Part shown: piece by piece, positions 12,225 to 24,130 of the stretch
How positions within the stretch are numbered: position 1 is the stretch's first letter
Layout of the letters: each line of letters opens with the position of its first letter
Source: Podarcis filfolensis
Taxonomy: Eukaryota
Reading direction: 5' to 3' (one strand)
DNA: 64,000 bases
NCBI GenBank assembly: GCA_964270895.1
Contig: OZ185436.1
Notes under the pieces: generated by a model
The model's input: the letters and a program-made list of their open reading frames with translations, nothing else
What the model was told of the DNA's origin: nothing
The model's database searches: none
Made by a program: the position numbers and the translations under genes

Positions 12225-14406
12225 GTATGATACAGCTTTTGTTTTCTCAAAATATGTATGCTACCTTTTGGAAAGAAACTTTAATAAGTGTGATGTAGGC
12301 ATTATTTGTTTATATTCAAGCTATACGTCCTTCCTTAAGGATAAGTTTGTATTTAATACGAATAAGGTATAAAAAGGTGTCCAAAATACTCATTGCTATT
12401 AAAATTTATCATTTCATTTTCCATTCTGAATTACAGCACACAGGCAGGGCAGACACAAGAGGCTAAGTTAGGGTGACCAGATGAAAATTTCATATATGAA
12501 AAATGATATGCAAAAGGATAAAAGAGGCAGACAATATGCCATTAGATCAGTCTGTGGATCATCTTTCTTTTGAAATTGTGGTTATGATAATAATTGTTTT
12601 ACTAAGGATGGAGAAAAAAATCAAAAAGGTATAAAGAATTATCAGATTATGAAATGATTTTGGTAATTGGCTAGTGATACTAATACCTTGTTTTAGAATA
12701 TACATAGCCAAGTTGGTGTGTTTAAAGCCATAATCTGGCAATTCTATGGGACATAATGGTTGTCAGTTCATTTGCACATGCTTGTCAGATCACTATCTCT
12801 TCATAGGACATATCTGACAATATCATCTTCATTAGGGAGCGTTGCTGTGGCTCACATTGCTTGCCAACTCCCCCAATCCCTTTGCCAATCCCCTTCTTTC
12901 ACTCAAAGCTCCCCATCCCCTCACACCTCATTTAATCTGTCTAACTTTTGCCACCCCAGTTGCAGATCCCCATCCCCCAAAACATACCCATACCCTCACA
13001 GCTTGCCTCATCCCAAGATCCTGCTGCCACTTGCAGACACGGCAGGGGAATGAAGAGGAGAAAGTCTTTCTCCCCTTTGCTTCACACTGCAGTGGTTTGA
13101 GGCAAGTTATGAGGAGAGGGGGGAGTTTTTGGCAAACATTGGGCAGCAGCAACAAAGACAGGGAGCACATGAAGGTCTGCCAGGGTGCATGCTCACTCTG
13201 CTGGACTGCCTGCCTGCTCATTCAAACCCCAGGCGTCCCAGGTGGTAGTGGCTGCAGACAGAACATGGGAAGGCCTTCCTGGGTAACCCACCTGCCGTTT
13301 TGCTCTGCCAGCTCGCTCACTTGTGCTGCCAGCCTGTCTGCTCTGCTCACTTGCTCTGCCTGCTGTTGTCACTGCAGTTCTCATGGCCACCTATTGGCAG
13401 CCACACAAACTGCAGCATGACTTTTTTCTTACAAAAATATTATATGGTAAGATATAATTTCATCATGTTTTTGAATTTACTTTCTTTGCTCTGTTGCTGT
13501 TTGTCCCTCTTTGATGTGCATTCTCCGACACTATCCATCTGTTTCTGTTACTCTGGCTGTCTCCTGCCAAAGACACATTTCTGCAATTGTGGCTGTTACC
13601 CAAGAGGCTGCTTAGTTGTTGAACCAGTGGTTTTTATTCATGATCTCATACAAAGAGATTTTTGTCTTAAGAAATAGAAAACTCTGTGTTTACTTTTTAT
13701 TTTTTGCTGAACAAAATAATTAGCTGTAGTTTGTGTTGTCCTAGTATTTAAAAACTTCCAATTTTTTGCAGCAGTGAAGAAAACCTTTGACAATCCTTGT
13801 ACTTTTAGCCAGTCCTCAAGTTTTAACTTACCACTACCAGATGAATGCAGCTCCTAATCATTAATGCTTGCCCCCCCCCCAATTTTAATGTCTTTGTGCC
13901 ATTTTCTCTATTTCACTTGATAATGTTTAAGAAAATATTTTTGGAGGAGATTTTATCCAGTCTGAATGTCTTATGTACTTGGATCTCATGCCCCTAGAAA
14001 TCTTGTAACCCTTTGACCAGATTTGGTAGGGTTTCGTATAATCAGTCCTGTCTCTAGAATCCTGAGTTTTCCTGACTTTACTACATTTATAGTCACATGA
14101 AGGTAGATGAGCTACCTGTACTGAAGTTCATAAGTAGTGACATATCAAGCTTGGGTAGGAAGATTTTAAAGCACCTATTACTTCAGCATTAAAAATGAAT
14201 ATTCAATCCTTTAGTGGGATGTGGACATCTCTACAAAGTGGGCATGATTCAACCCCTACCAAGTGCCCTGGAAGCTTCACATGTGGGCAAACAGCTGTGA
14301 ACCATGATGGAACAGCTGTGACAGTCTGCCCTGATGTGGGGCCTTACAGGGGCAGATGTATCCTGTCCCCTTGCCCTTTGTGCTAACCACATCAGCTGCT
14401 GTTCTA

Positions 14407-14486
14407 CAGCGTGAGTCTTTTAAAAGAGGCTCTGTGAAACATGTGTACTCTGTATCCACAGGGCCTCTTTTAAAGGACTCACCCTG
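14407..14486. mobile_element. 80-bp TA-flanked palindromic mini-MITE (Tc1/mariner type)
   Basis: TA|CAGcgtgagtcttttaaaagaggctctgtg...cacagggcctcttttaaaggactcaccCTG|TA. The 30-bp TIRs differ at 3 positions and enclose a 20-nt spacer. Confidence 0.8.
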
Positions 14487-16926
14487 TAAAATGCATTTGT
14501 GTGGGGGTCATAATAGATATAAATTTGGGGACAGTCAGAGGGGTGGGATTTGTAGATTTCATTAAGATCCCCCTACCTTTCCCCCGTAATATGAGCACTG
14601 GACCCTCCTTGTCATTGTGTTGTGGCCAAGGCATGCCTGGCCAATTGATAAATCCATTATAAATGCATTCACACAAACACACACACATGCCAATGCCCCT
14701 GGGGACTGAGCAGTCCAGCCCCTTGTGTACAGGCTGTTCCTATGTGGGATATGTCACAACCCTGTAGCCCCAAATAACGGCCAGCCCTCTCCCACGAGCC
14801 AGTATAGAAGGCAAAGTTGATACAGAGATGAGAGTAGCCTGAGTCACAGAAGTGCCAGCAACTGGTACAGCTACAATCTCTGCTCCATATATTTAGGGAT
14901 CAGCAGTTGAATTCATCCATGAAAACACTGTTTGATATTTTCAGTTTTCCACCATAAATGAAGCGATGGTATATGGCTGAATGAAATGGTAGCTATGACT
15001 CTTCCCCACTACCCTAAATTGCATCCACAAAGCGACTCTCCTGTACATTTACTGTGTGCAGACTGCTGAGTTTACATAAGCATGAGGGACTTGGACAAGG
15101 CTATCCAGATATTCTAAATCAATGTTTTTCTGGATCAATAATAGCAGCATTTGTTACAAGTTGTATAGTAATATACCAGCAGTAGCGACTCACCCAGTGG
15201 GGCAAAGCTGCAGTGCTAGCTTCCCAGCAGGTGTGTCACTGCCACTTATCTTGTGGGACAGGGCGAGCTGGTGTGGAGCTTGATACAGTGTGGATGTATT
15301 GACAGGAGGGGTGGATTTGCTCTACTGGTGCATGTTGGAGCTCCCCTCATAAGCAGTCGCCTGCTTAGAAAAAAGGGTCTTTTCATGGGCAAGGCAGAAG
15401 AGACAGGCAGCTGGGGTGGCTAGAAAGCAGTATGTAACAGGGAGATAAATGGTAGCTACAAAGAAGGGCTAAGGTATGAGTTTTCCCCTTCTCTCTGACT
15501 GAATCCAAAAGATGCCTAAAGATGCCCATCATCTTTCCTCACAACTACCTAGTGCAGTTATATTTACAGGCCTTTCTTTACAGCCACATAGCCTAGAAAC
15601 CTTTTTGGTTTCCTTTAAAGAAAAGCTGAGATTTTCAGGCTCATCTGCAATATGTGTTTGGGGTAGTCCCGATTCTTGCTGTTGATTTGGCCCCAATATA
15701 AGCCCCTCACCTCCACTATGTAGAAAACTACCCATGTGAGCTGGGTCATCCACACAAATGCCTCTTCTCCCAGAGGGAGAGGCTTCTGTGTGACCAGGAG
15801 TTTACAGAGAAGCCACACTTCAGATGGCAGATTATCTGCATGGTGAAGGACAAGAGATTACACCTCTCCTCCACAACATTATTTCAGTGCCAGCTCCTAA
15901 TGAATTGCACAGCTGAGTTCAGCAGTACTTCCCGTTTGGGGAAACTAGCATGAAAACACAACACAATTTGAATGTAACTTAAAACTCTAGTAATGTAATG
16001 TGGTGACCTTAATAAGACATGAAAATCTCTTACTTTGAATCATTTAAATGCCCCCAGTGACTTATAGAATCTATTTATATTGTAAGCTACAAGAGTTGCA
16101 CTAGAAAAAGGCTGTTTATGTAAGATTTTTTTTTAATTTCTCATTGACTCAGAATTAAATATTTCTGTGGTCTTTTATAGTTCATTGTGTGGGGCTACTA
16201 TTCCGTAGTATCAGCCTTCTTTCTAGATAATGTAAAAAAATATTAAAACACAGCAAACTAACTTAAAATATATAGACCTAAGTTATTATTTTGTCCCCCA
16301 AAGCATGTATAGAATAATAAATCTTTATTTAGACATTATATAGCCACATTTGAAATGGAAGTTTGCACCCTGCATGGTAACAAATGAAGCCTATATGTGC
16401 ATAGAAAAGTAAAAACCTGGATTAATGCCACTTTGGCTTTCTATCCTAGCTGGGCTGGACAAACAACATAAACAGTTCCAGCAAATAAGATGACAGCACA
16501 AAACCCTTCATTTACTGATGTTTTTGTCTACCCGATGATTTATTCTCTTTGTCTGTCCTCTGTTTCCTCTGTGCTTTGAAGTGTTCCTCTAGTAAGGATG
16601 TTGTCCTGGTGAGGTACTGTAAGATAAGAAAGCCATTTCTCTGGCTTATTTTCAGCAATAGTGCAGACATAACAAAGTGAGAGGTGAGTGCCAAATTACT
16701 TCTCGCTGCCCCTTGCAGGATGAGCTTTCCCCTTCTATTATATCTTCTTACAATTCAATTACAGTGTATCTGTGGGATGTAAACAAAATTATGAAGTATA
16801 TTATCCACCTTTAGTTATACATGTGGATCCAAAAGCACCCACATACCTTTATTTTAGTCATAGGTATCTAATGCATAAACATTGTTGCTTGTCCCAGGTC
16901 ATGTGGGGAATTCATAGCTAGTGGGC

Positions 16927-17040
16927 ACTCCTTCCTTGGAGGTTTTTAAGCAGAGGTTGGATGCCCATCTGTCATGGATGCTTTAGTTGAGACTGGATGA
17001 CCCTCAGGAGTTCCTTCCAACTCTACAATTCCAGGATTCT
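16927..17040 (+). mobile_element. CR1 3' end remnant
   Basis: ccttggaggtttttaagcagaggttggat...ccttccaactctacaattccaggattct matches the CR1 3' UTR and tail. Confidence 0.8.
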
Positions 17041-17108
17041 TAAAATTGGGGCTGTTGAATTCCAATAAATCAGTTACTTGTTGACTTTCTAGCTACAATG
17101 AAATAAAG

Positions 17109-17246
17109 CAGTGGTGGCTAACATATGGCCTTCCATATGTTTTTGGACTCAGAATTCCCATCAGCCACAAACACCATGGCCAGTGTCAGGGATGATGGGA
17201 GTTGTAGTCCAGCAACACCTGGAAGGCAACAGGTAGGCCTCTGCTG
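17109..17246. mobile_element. hAT-family palindromic MITE with 8-bp TSD aaataaag
   Basis: CAG...CTG ends, core gggatgatgggagttgtagtcc, and identical TSD at 17101-17108 and 17247-17254. Confidence 0.88.
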
Positions 17247-19562
17247 AAATAAAGTATGTTACCCTATCATCAACCAGACAGCTGTAGCCCTTTAAAAAAT
17301 AAGCCTGCCTTAATGTTGGGGAAAGCAGGTTAATGTTATGGAACAGTTCTTTGTCTGGGTCATCAAGGAATGCCTTCTACCAGTAGTGAGTCAGTTTATT
17401 TTGAGGGATGACACACAAATGACTGGGGTATTTAAAAAATAAGAAGAAATAGCATGCCGAAATTCATCCCCAGTGGAGATCTCCCACTATCATCCTCCAA
17501 TGCAGTACTTCTAAAGAGACCCAGCTATCTGATCCTGTGAACCTATGAAATATCATTAGTAATATGCTTCATTGGATTGAAGGTAGTATGTGTGAGAGAG
17601 TGTGTTACTTAAGAAATGCAAATATACATAACCGTTCTGAAACCCCCAGTGGAGTTTGAATTGTTTCAGGGATTCAAACGTCAGCAATACCCAAGTTACT
17701 GTTTAAAGATTTTTCTAACTAACTGCCGTCATATTCAACACTGCAATTTTTTGCACTTGATTTGATCTCTTGAGGACTTTACAAACTATGGGTGTCTTAA
17801 CACATGTTATTGTTTTCATGTAATTACATGTAATTTGCCAGGGCATGAACTCCCTTGTTGTGCGTAATAATTTACATAACATTGTGTGGCTCAAAACACA
17901 ATGTATTTAACAAAATGGCTTATACATTACAGATTGGTAGTGATTAATCATTATTATTGAATTTAAAGAGAACCCAGGGAAGCTGGTCCCTCTTTCTTTG
18001 TACTTAATAAATGAATACATGTTGCAGTGGAAATTGCAGTATTCAGCTTGAGGTTAAGTGTACTGTTGCAAAGACTCAGAGCTCTTTAAATTGTGCATTC
18101 TAGCTTCCTTTCTAATAATTAAGAGACTTAATTTCTTCTATGCCAACATGTATGTCAATATATGACCACAGGATGAAGGCAGAAATGAGGGAAAGCCTTT
18201 TAACTCCATGTGAGAGGCATCCAGCCAAAGATTGGGCTGGCTATTTCAAATCTGTTTTTCAACTTTATATTTCCTTATCTCTGAAGTTCCCCATGTCTTA
18301 TGAATGGACTACTCTTCCTCCAGTCTCCACTACACAAACACCTCCATCTGGCATCAACTCTTCAGTTCTCTCTTTTTCTATGTTCCTATCTTAGGCTGCT
18401 TGCCTCCTTTTGCTACTTCACAGGTCCTCCCCTCCTCTCGCTAGTCCCAGTAGCTCCTCCACAGTCTTTGCAGTTAGCTTCACTCCCATAAAATACCTTG
18501 GAGCAGGAGTAGCTCCTATTAGCTTAATCAGTCTGTGCAGTGGTCAAGAATAAAGGCAGTTGCAGTCCACCACACCGGCTACCCTTGTCTTAGTGTATTA
18601 CACAATATACTGTCCTTTTCTGAGCCCAAGGGCACATATGGGAATCTAAGAACTGGTGTGAGCACTACAAAATACCCAGGTTACAGAAAACATCCTGGTA
18701 ATGCTCAGAACCACCCCCATCCCACACAAAAGCAGGCAAAAGCACCTTGACAGTTCCCAAACAGTCTAGCCACATCTCTACCTGCCCCACACCTGGTGTC
18801 ACATACATAGGGCAGGTGGCCATGATTTGGGGAAGTTGGCCTCGGGGACCAAATTGGGACCCATGTCAGGCCAAATTTGGCCCACGGGCCAGAGGTTTCC
18901 CTCCCCCATTAGGTATCCTTACAGTAAGGATACCCCTGAGGTAACTCCTGTTTTACACACAGACCTGGAAATAAAGACTTGCCCATTTGAACATGAAACA
19001 AGGATTTGAACCAAACTCATGGGGAAACACCTTCCAATACCACAGCTCCCAGATCACACACAGTTAACAAATGTTATTTTCTAGATAGCTCTGCCTTGAT
19101 TTTCTTTCTCTTTGTGCCTGAATAAGATAAGATCAGAATCTGATTTTTTGAAGTCTGCCATGCAAATAAATTCAAAATAAGAATATAAAATTAATCACGT
19201 TACTTCAACATGCTGCAGCTCTTAGAGATTTCTTTGGAAATCTCATAACAATAAGTGAAAGCTGGGGGAGTCTTCCCTATATCATACAATAATAATTTAG
19301 ATAGTCACTGCATGCAAACTCTGTTTATTATCTGATCTCAAGTTGTAAATTACTTTTCTCATGTTTACTCCTTCCTCCAGTGACCATGTTATCCTTGTAA
19401 AACGCATAAGGTTCTGTCACTGATAGTAACCTATTGCTCTGGATCAAATCAAGGCATACTCAGCATGTGGTCCAATCATCTAATTTCTTTAAAAATCACT
19501 TTGGTTTTAGTTCCCAGATTTAATAACTGCTTCATATGTGTTATCAAGACACACATTACTCC

Positions 19563-19667
19563 AGGTGTAGCCAAGATAGTACCTACCGGATATTGTTTGA
19601 GTCCATCTCCCATCAGCCCCTGGCAGTTTATCCAATAACATCTGGAGGGCACTATGGTGTCTACATC
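19563..19667. mobile_element. Degenerate copy of the same hAT MITE family
   Basis: ctcccatcagcccc and aacatctggagggcac motifs. Confidence 0.6.
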
Positions 19668-19932
19668 TTCATTTATCTGATCTGATGTGTCTTATTATCA
19701 TAATCAATTGGCATTTTGTAGGAGGTAGGGAATGCTTACGACTCAGTCATCCAAAAGAATCCACAGGTGCTGTTTCTTATTATGATGCAGGCACCACTTC
19801 CTTCACAATTTCAGCAAGTTATTCTTACTGTGCACAGGTATATTCTTTCTTGAAGAGGAAATGAAATGGGTCTGTCTTAATTAAATCCTCTCTCCCCCAA
19901 TTGCTTCATGTTTAAAAGTTGTCCATAGCTAG

Positions 19933-19945
19933 GTATGTATGTATG

Positions 19946-19975
<30 letters not shown>
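19933..19975. repeat. (GTAT)10 microsatellite
   Basis: Read directly from the sequence. Confidence 0.95.
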
Positions 19976-19976
<1 letters not shown>

Positions 19977-20058
19977 CGCTTTCCGGAGATGTAGTCTGAA
20001 AAGTTGATTTTATGTTTCTTTGTTTCCTCTAACCATGTCCCCCCATTTCTGATTTCAG

Positions 20059-20268
20059 CAGGCTGGGGAGAGATGCCTGCTATCCATGCAAAGCCTGAAG
20101 CTTCATGGGGAGAGCCTTCCTCCCCTTCTGCTGCAGTTGATAATGGCACTTCAGCATGGGGAAAGCCTCCCAGCAGCGGTACAGGGTGGGGAGATAACTC
20201 TGCTGAGTCAGCAGGGTCATATGGAAGAGCAAGTGCACCAGCTGCTGCCCCAGTACTGTGCAAACCAG
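20059..20268 (+). CDS. TNRC6C: Coding exon (A)[19 protein letters not shown]...LCKP; tandem acceptor at 20059 or 20062
   Basis: Branch point ctctaac at 20027-20033, acceptor tttcag|cag|GCTGG, donor CCAG|gtaagt. Phase 1-1, with a [10 protein letters not shown] motif. Confidence 0.92.
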
Positions 20269-20574
20269 GTAAGTGTGTGTGTTGATTTGTCTTGGCTGAG
20301 TTGGCAAAAAGAATTATAGCTCTGTTTTCATACAGATTACTTTTTTTAAGCTTAAACAGGTACTCTGCTTGATCACTTCTACAACCAACAACGGGCCAAC
20401 ATGTATAACCTATGCTCTTTTTATTAATTCAGACATAAGCTCTCCAAATAGATGTAGCAGTAAAATACAGAACAAGCTCGAAAAAAATTCCAAATATATT
20501 GACTTGCACATGATGCTTAGTGTGATCTGAGCGTCTTGGGTCCTCGAGAGGGAATAGTGGCCACATTACTCCTG

Positions 20575-20843
20575 CTATCAGCTTCTTGTGATTTGGCTTA
20601 GTGTGTTTCCTGAACCCAGGCTCGTGGTTTTTCTCACTCCGAACAATGGCTTTTCATTAATGATTTGCCTGGAATGAGACAAATCAAAGGCCTAGGTTCA
20701 GATGAATAAGCCACTAAGCCAAGCCATGATTTGGCTCACAGTGGTGCAGCAGTGCTGGAGGGAGGAGCAAAGTGGTTGCTGCCTTCTCAGCGAGAGCCCA
20801 CATGTTTGTGCTAAGTCTTGACTGATACATGCGAACGAAGCCC
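20575..20843. mobile_element. Old squamate non-autonomous DNA element (Harbinger-like), boundaries approximate
   Basis: Internal inverted gatttggcttagtg / cactaagccaagcc repeats and a gcgaacgaagccc terminus. Confidence 0.45.
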
Positions 20844-20895
20844 ATTGATTTTAAAGTATAGGAAGGTCAACTGAAATGTTCCATTCCTCCTACAG

Positions 20896-21065
20896 CTTCT
20901 AAATCTTCTATGCAAGAAGGCTGGGGCGGTGGTGGAGATGAAGTAAATCTCAGTACAAGTCAGTGGGAAGATGAAGAAGGAGATATGTGGAATAATACTG
21001 CTTCACAAGAGAGTAATTCCTCTTGTAGCTCCTGGGGAAATGCTCCAAAGAAAGGACTTCAAAAG
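20896..21065 (+). CDS. TNRC6C: Coding exon ASKSSMQEGWGGGGDEVNLSTSQWEDEEGDMWNN...GLQK
   Basis: cctacag|CT acceptor and AAG|gtagga donor; 170 nt, phase 1-0. Confidence 0.95.
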
Positions 21066-21945
21066 GTAGGACTAAGCACAGCTGGGTTATAAAAATCAGT
21101 AAGATGAGATGGTTCGTGCACTTAATTTTTTATACTTTATCAAACTGTTTTATAAAAGTATGAAAGTCATCATTTTCAAAAAGCACTACAATAAGATTGT
21201 TATCCTGTAGTTACCATCACTTGTCTTGTTCAAATGGTGTTGGAAAGCTGGAATGGACTAGAGAATCACTTGATATGCTATGGCCCTGCCTAACAGATTC
21301 CTTTGCACCCTGGTGTAGATGTGAATCACGTGTTCTTTACAGACACAAACAGATCTGATTTTTGCAGTATTTCAACATGTATGCAAAGACCACATAGTCA
21401 GAATGAGTTCTGACAAATAAGGGACGCAAGAGGTTTACAGGTCATATTGCATGTCTGCTTGCTACCAAGTGTGATAAGCTATTTCTCTGCTGTCCAACAA
21501 ATAAGGTAGAAAGTAGGAATCTTACTCAGCTGATTGTATGAGATTTGTGTAAACCTGAAAGCCTCCGCTTCCAGCTTTAAAGTAACCTGAGTTCCTCCTT
21601 GCATCCACACTTAAGGTATTATAGGTGGCAAAAATTATAGTTAGTGAACAAGCCAGGATCAGAAACCATTTGTTTGATCCTGGCTTATTTGAGCTAACGA
21701 GTTTAAACTAACCAGTGTTAATTTAAAATCAAAAACAGACATTCCTTGCTTTTTCTACTTTTGCACAAAAGAGGAGGCTTGCTGCAACTTGTGGATGTGA
21801 TGCTCAGCCATGCTTAACCATAGAATAATATATTTTCTTTACATCCAAACTGGCCTTATATTGCTTTTCTGACAAGAAGAAACATAGTTCCGCCTCTGGT
21901 GTGAATCCAAAACATGCCACAGCTCATGCATGTAGTATTATATCT

Positions 21946-22080
21946 GAGGTAGAAAATGTGGTGCCCCCCAGATGTTGTTGGATTACAACCTCCATCATCC
22001 CTGGCCATTGGCCATACTGGCTGGGGTTAATGGGACTTGTAGTCCAACAACATCTGGAGGGCACCATGTTGCCTAACCTA
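21946..22080. mobile_element. hAT MITE family copy
   Basis: ccagatgttgttgga...tccaacaacatctgg inverted arms. Confidence 0.8.
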
Positions 22081-22316
22081 ACGCTATACAATGGTTTAAT
22101 ATTGCACCCAAGCCATCTCACATTCATGCAATATTTATATGGATAGACTTCATGTGGATTTTCATTCTCTTTCCCTGCAATAAATATGACAAATAAAGAA
22201 ATTTAGACTGCAATCCTATATACTGTTACCTAGAAGTAAGTCCTGTTGAATTAAATTGGGTGTAGGGTTTTCTTGTTTAAAAGTTTTCCATTTTTCCTCT
22301 CAATTAATTTTCTCAG

Positions 22317-22397
22317 GGCATGAAGACATCTAGTAAGCAAGATGAGGCCTGGATCATGAACCGTCTGATAAAACAGCTCACAGACATGGGCTTCCCA
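22317..22397 (+). CDS. TNRC6C: Coding exon GMKTSSKQDEAWIMNRLIKQLTDMGFP (UBA domain, first part)
   Basis: tttctcag|GGC acceptor and CCA|gtgagt donor; 81 nt, with the UBA hallmark MGF. Confidence 0.95.
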
Positions 22398-22845
22398 GTG
22401 AGTAACATTTGGTTTATTTATTTATTTATTTATTTATTAAATTTCTAGCTCATCTATCATGTGGTTCTAGGCCAGGAATATTCATGTGCTAGTATTTCCT
22501 CTGGCTTTGGCTTCATGGTGTTAAGCAGTGATAGGAACCTGTAGCCCCCCAGATGCTGGTGCACCCAAGCTCACATAAGTCCCACCCAAAATCAGCATGT
22601 CAGATTATGATGTCTTAAGAGAGGAGGTAGTTGCTGTAAGGTGCTCCGAATCATGGCTCCTAGCAGATCCATCTCGCTCCAAATTTTACATATATATTAC
22701 TGACTTGATTGCAAAATTCCTGTTTCAACCAATTGAATGGTTTGAAACCTCTAGGTATGTCTCCCCTTGTACCTGTTTTACAGTTATTGTAAAATCTATA
22801 TTGTGTTACATAGTTGTGAAAAAACGCAATTTCTCATTTTTGCAG

Positions 22846-22903
22846 AGAGAGCCAGCAGAAGAGGCCTTGAAGAGTAACAGTATGAATCTAGATCAGGCCA
22901 TGA
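22846..22903 (+). CDS. TNRC6C: Coding exon REPAEEALKSNSMNLDQAM(S) (UBA domain)
   Basis: ttttgcag|AGA acceptor and ATGA|gtaagt donor; 58 nt, phase 0-1. Confidence 0.95.
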
Positions 22904-23195
22904 GTAAGTATTTTTGTAACTGAAATAGACAACTGCGGGGGTTGATCTGTTACAATGAAATTCGCATCACTTTTCCCAGCAGCATTATGTCAAAGGATCG
23001 AGTTGGTTGTAAATTATCAAGTGCCAATCTTAGTGTTTTAAAAGACAAAATGCATTTTAAATTTCAAGTATGAAGTGTATTAATATCGGTGGGAGTGTAG
23101 CAATAGTTGTATCAGTACAACAGTCATTTTGTCTTGATTTAGGGACATTTCCCTCATTTTCTTTGGTGTCTTCATATTGTGTTTACTTTTTGCAG

Positions 23196-23341
23196 GTGCT
23201 CTGCTGGAAAAGAAGGTGGAAATGGACAAGCGTGGAATGGGTGTGGCTGACTACAATGGAATGGTCACCAAACCCCTTGGCTGCCGCCCACCACCGATCT
23301 CCAAAGAGTCTTCCATGGACCGCCCCACCTTCCTTGACAAG
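23196..23341 (+). CDS. TNRC6C: Coding exon (S)ALLEKKVEMDKRGMG...PTFLDK
   Basis: tttttgcag|GT acceptor and AAG|gtaggt donor; 146 nt, phase 1-0. Confidence 0.95.
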
Positions 23342-23584
23342 GTAGGTGCAGCACTCTGGAAGCAGAGTGGGAAGAAACTCTAAAAGTTAGATTAACCTAG
23401 AAAATGTGGGTGGGGCAGGTAAATGTACTGTTTTGCCTCATGAGTCTGCTCCCTTTACTTCTTAGCTTACTAGTAAAAGAAAGCATAGTTACTGGAGAGT
23501 GAGATGTCCTATTTCATCTGCAGGTGTAGACATTTGGCATTAGCACAATATCGCCACTTGCTGTTTCCAGCTGTTCTTTTCTAG

Positions 23585-23721
23585 CAGGGCTGGCTAACCT
23601 ATGGGCCTCCAGACCTTGTTGAGACTACAGCTCATGATTCCTGACCACTGGCCCTGCTGCCTGTAGCTGATGGGATTTGGAGTCCAACAACATCTGGAGA
23701 GCCACAGGTTTCCCATTCTTG
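23585..23721. mobile_element. hAT MITE family copy
   Basis: cagggctggctaacc start, with gactacagctc and gtccaacaacatctggag motifs. The TSD is not preserved. Confidence 0.78.
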
Positions 23722-24001
23722 CCATAAGGCGGAGATCTTTTTTATGTTCCTCTGTGGAGGAGGAACCTCAGTGTTGTACCTCAGTGGTGCCATATCAACA
23801 ATAAATATTGAGCTGAGACATCCTCTTGCAGTGTGGATATGTGAAATATGAAAAACATAATTTATTTCTCTTGTCTTTTGCCAAGTAATCGAGAGACACC
23901 AGTAATAGTTTTTAAACTTCCCCAAATACATTGAATAATTAAAAAAGGCTCAGCCACTACATGGAGCTTCTCTTAGAGGTTTGTCATTAGACACTGTAGT
24001 A

Positions 24002-24130
24002 CAGGAGCAACCAATGGGCTGCCATCCAGATGTTGTTGGGCTCCAACTCGCATCAGCCCCAGCCAGCATGGCCAACGCTCAGGGATGATGTGAGCTGTAG
24101 AATAAAAACATCTGGAGGGCACCACATGCA
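24002..24130. mobile_element. hAT MITE family copy
   Basis: tccagatgttgttgggctccaactc...aacatctggagggcacc. Confidence 0.72.

Noticed and set aside
9596-12298. 900-aa ORF as a standalone protein
   Set aside because: Its first 13 residues (before the 9636 acceptor) and its last ~24 (after the 12224 donor) are intronic read-through. It is one internal exon of TNRC6C.
12760-13677. Overlapping ORFs up to 192 aa
   Set aside because: Low-complexity C-rich and CTG-rich intronic sequence with no domain and no coherent splice sites.
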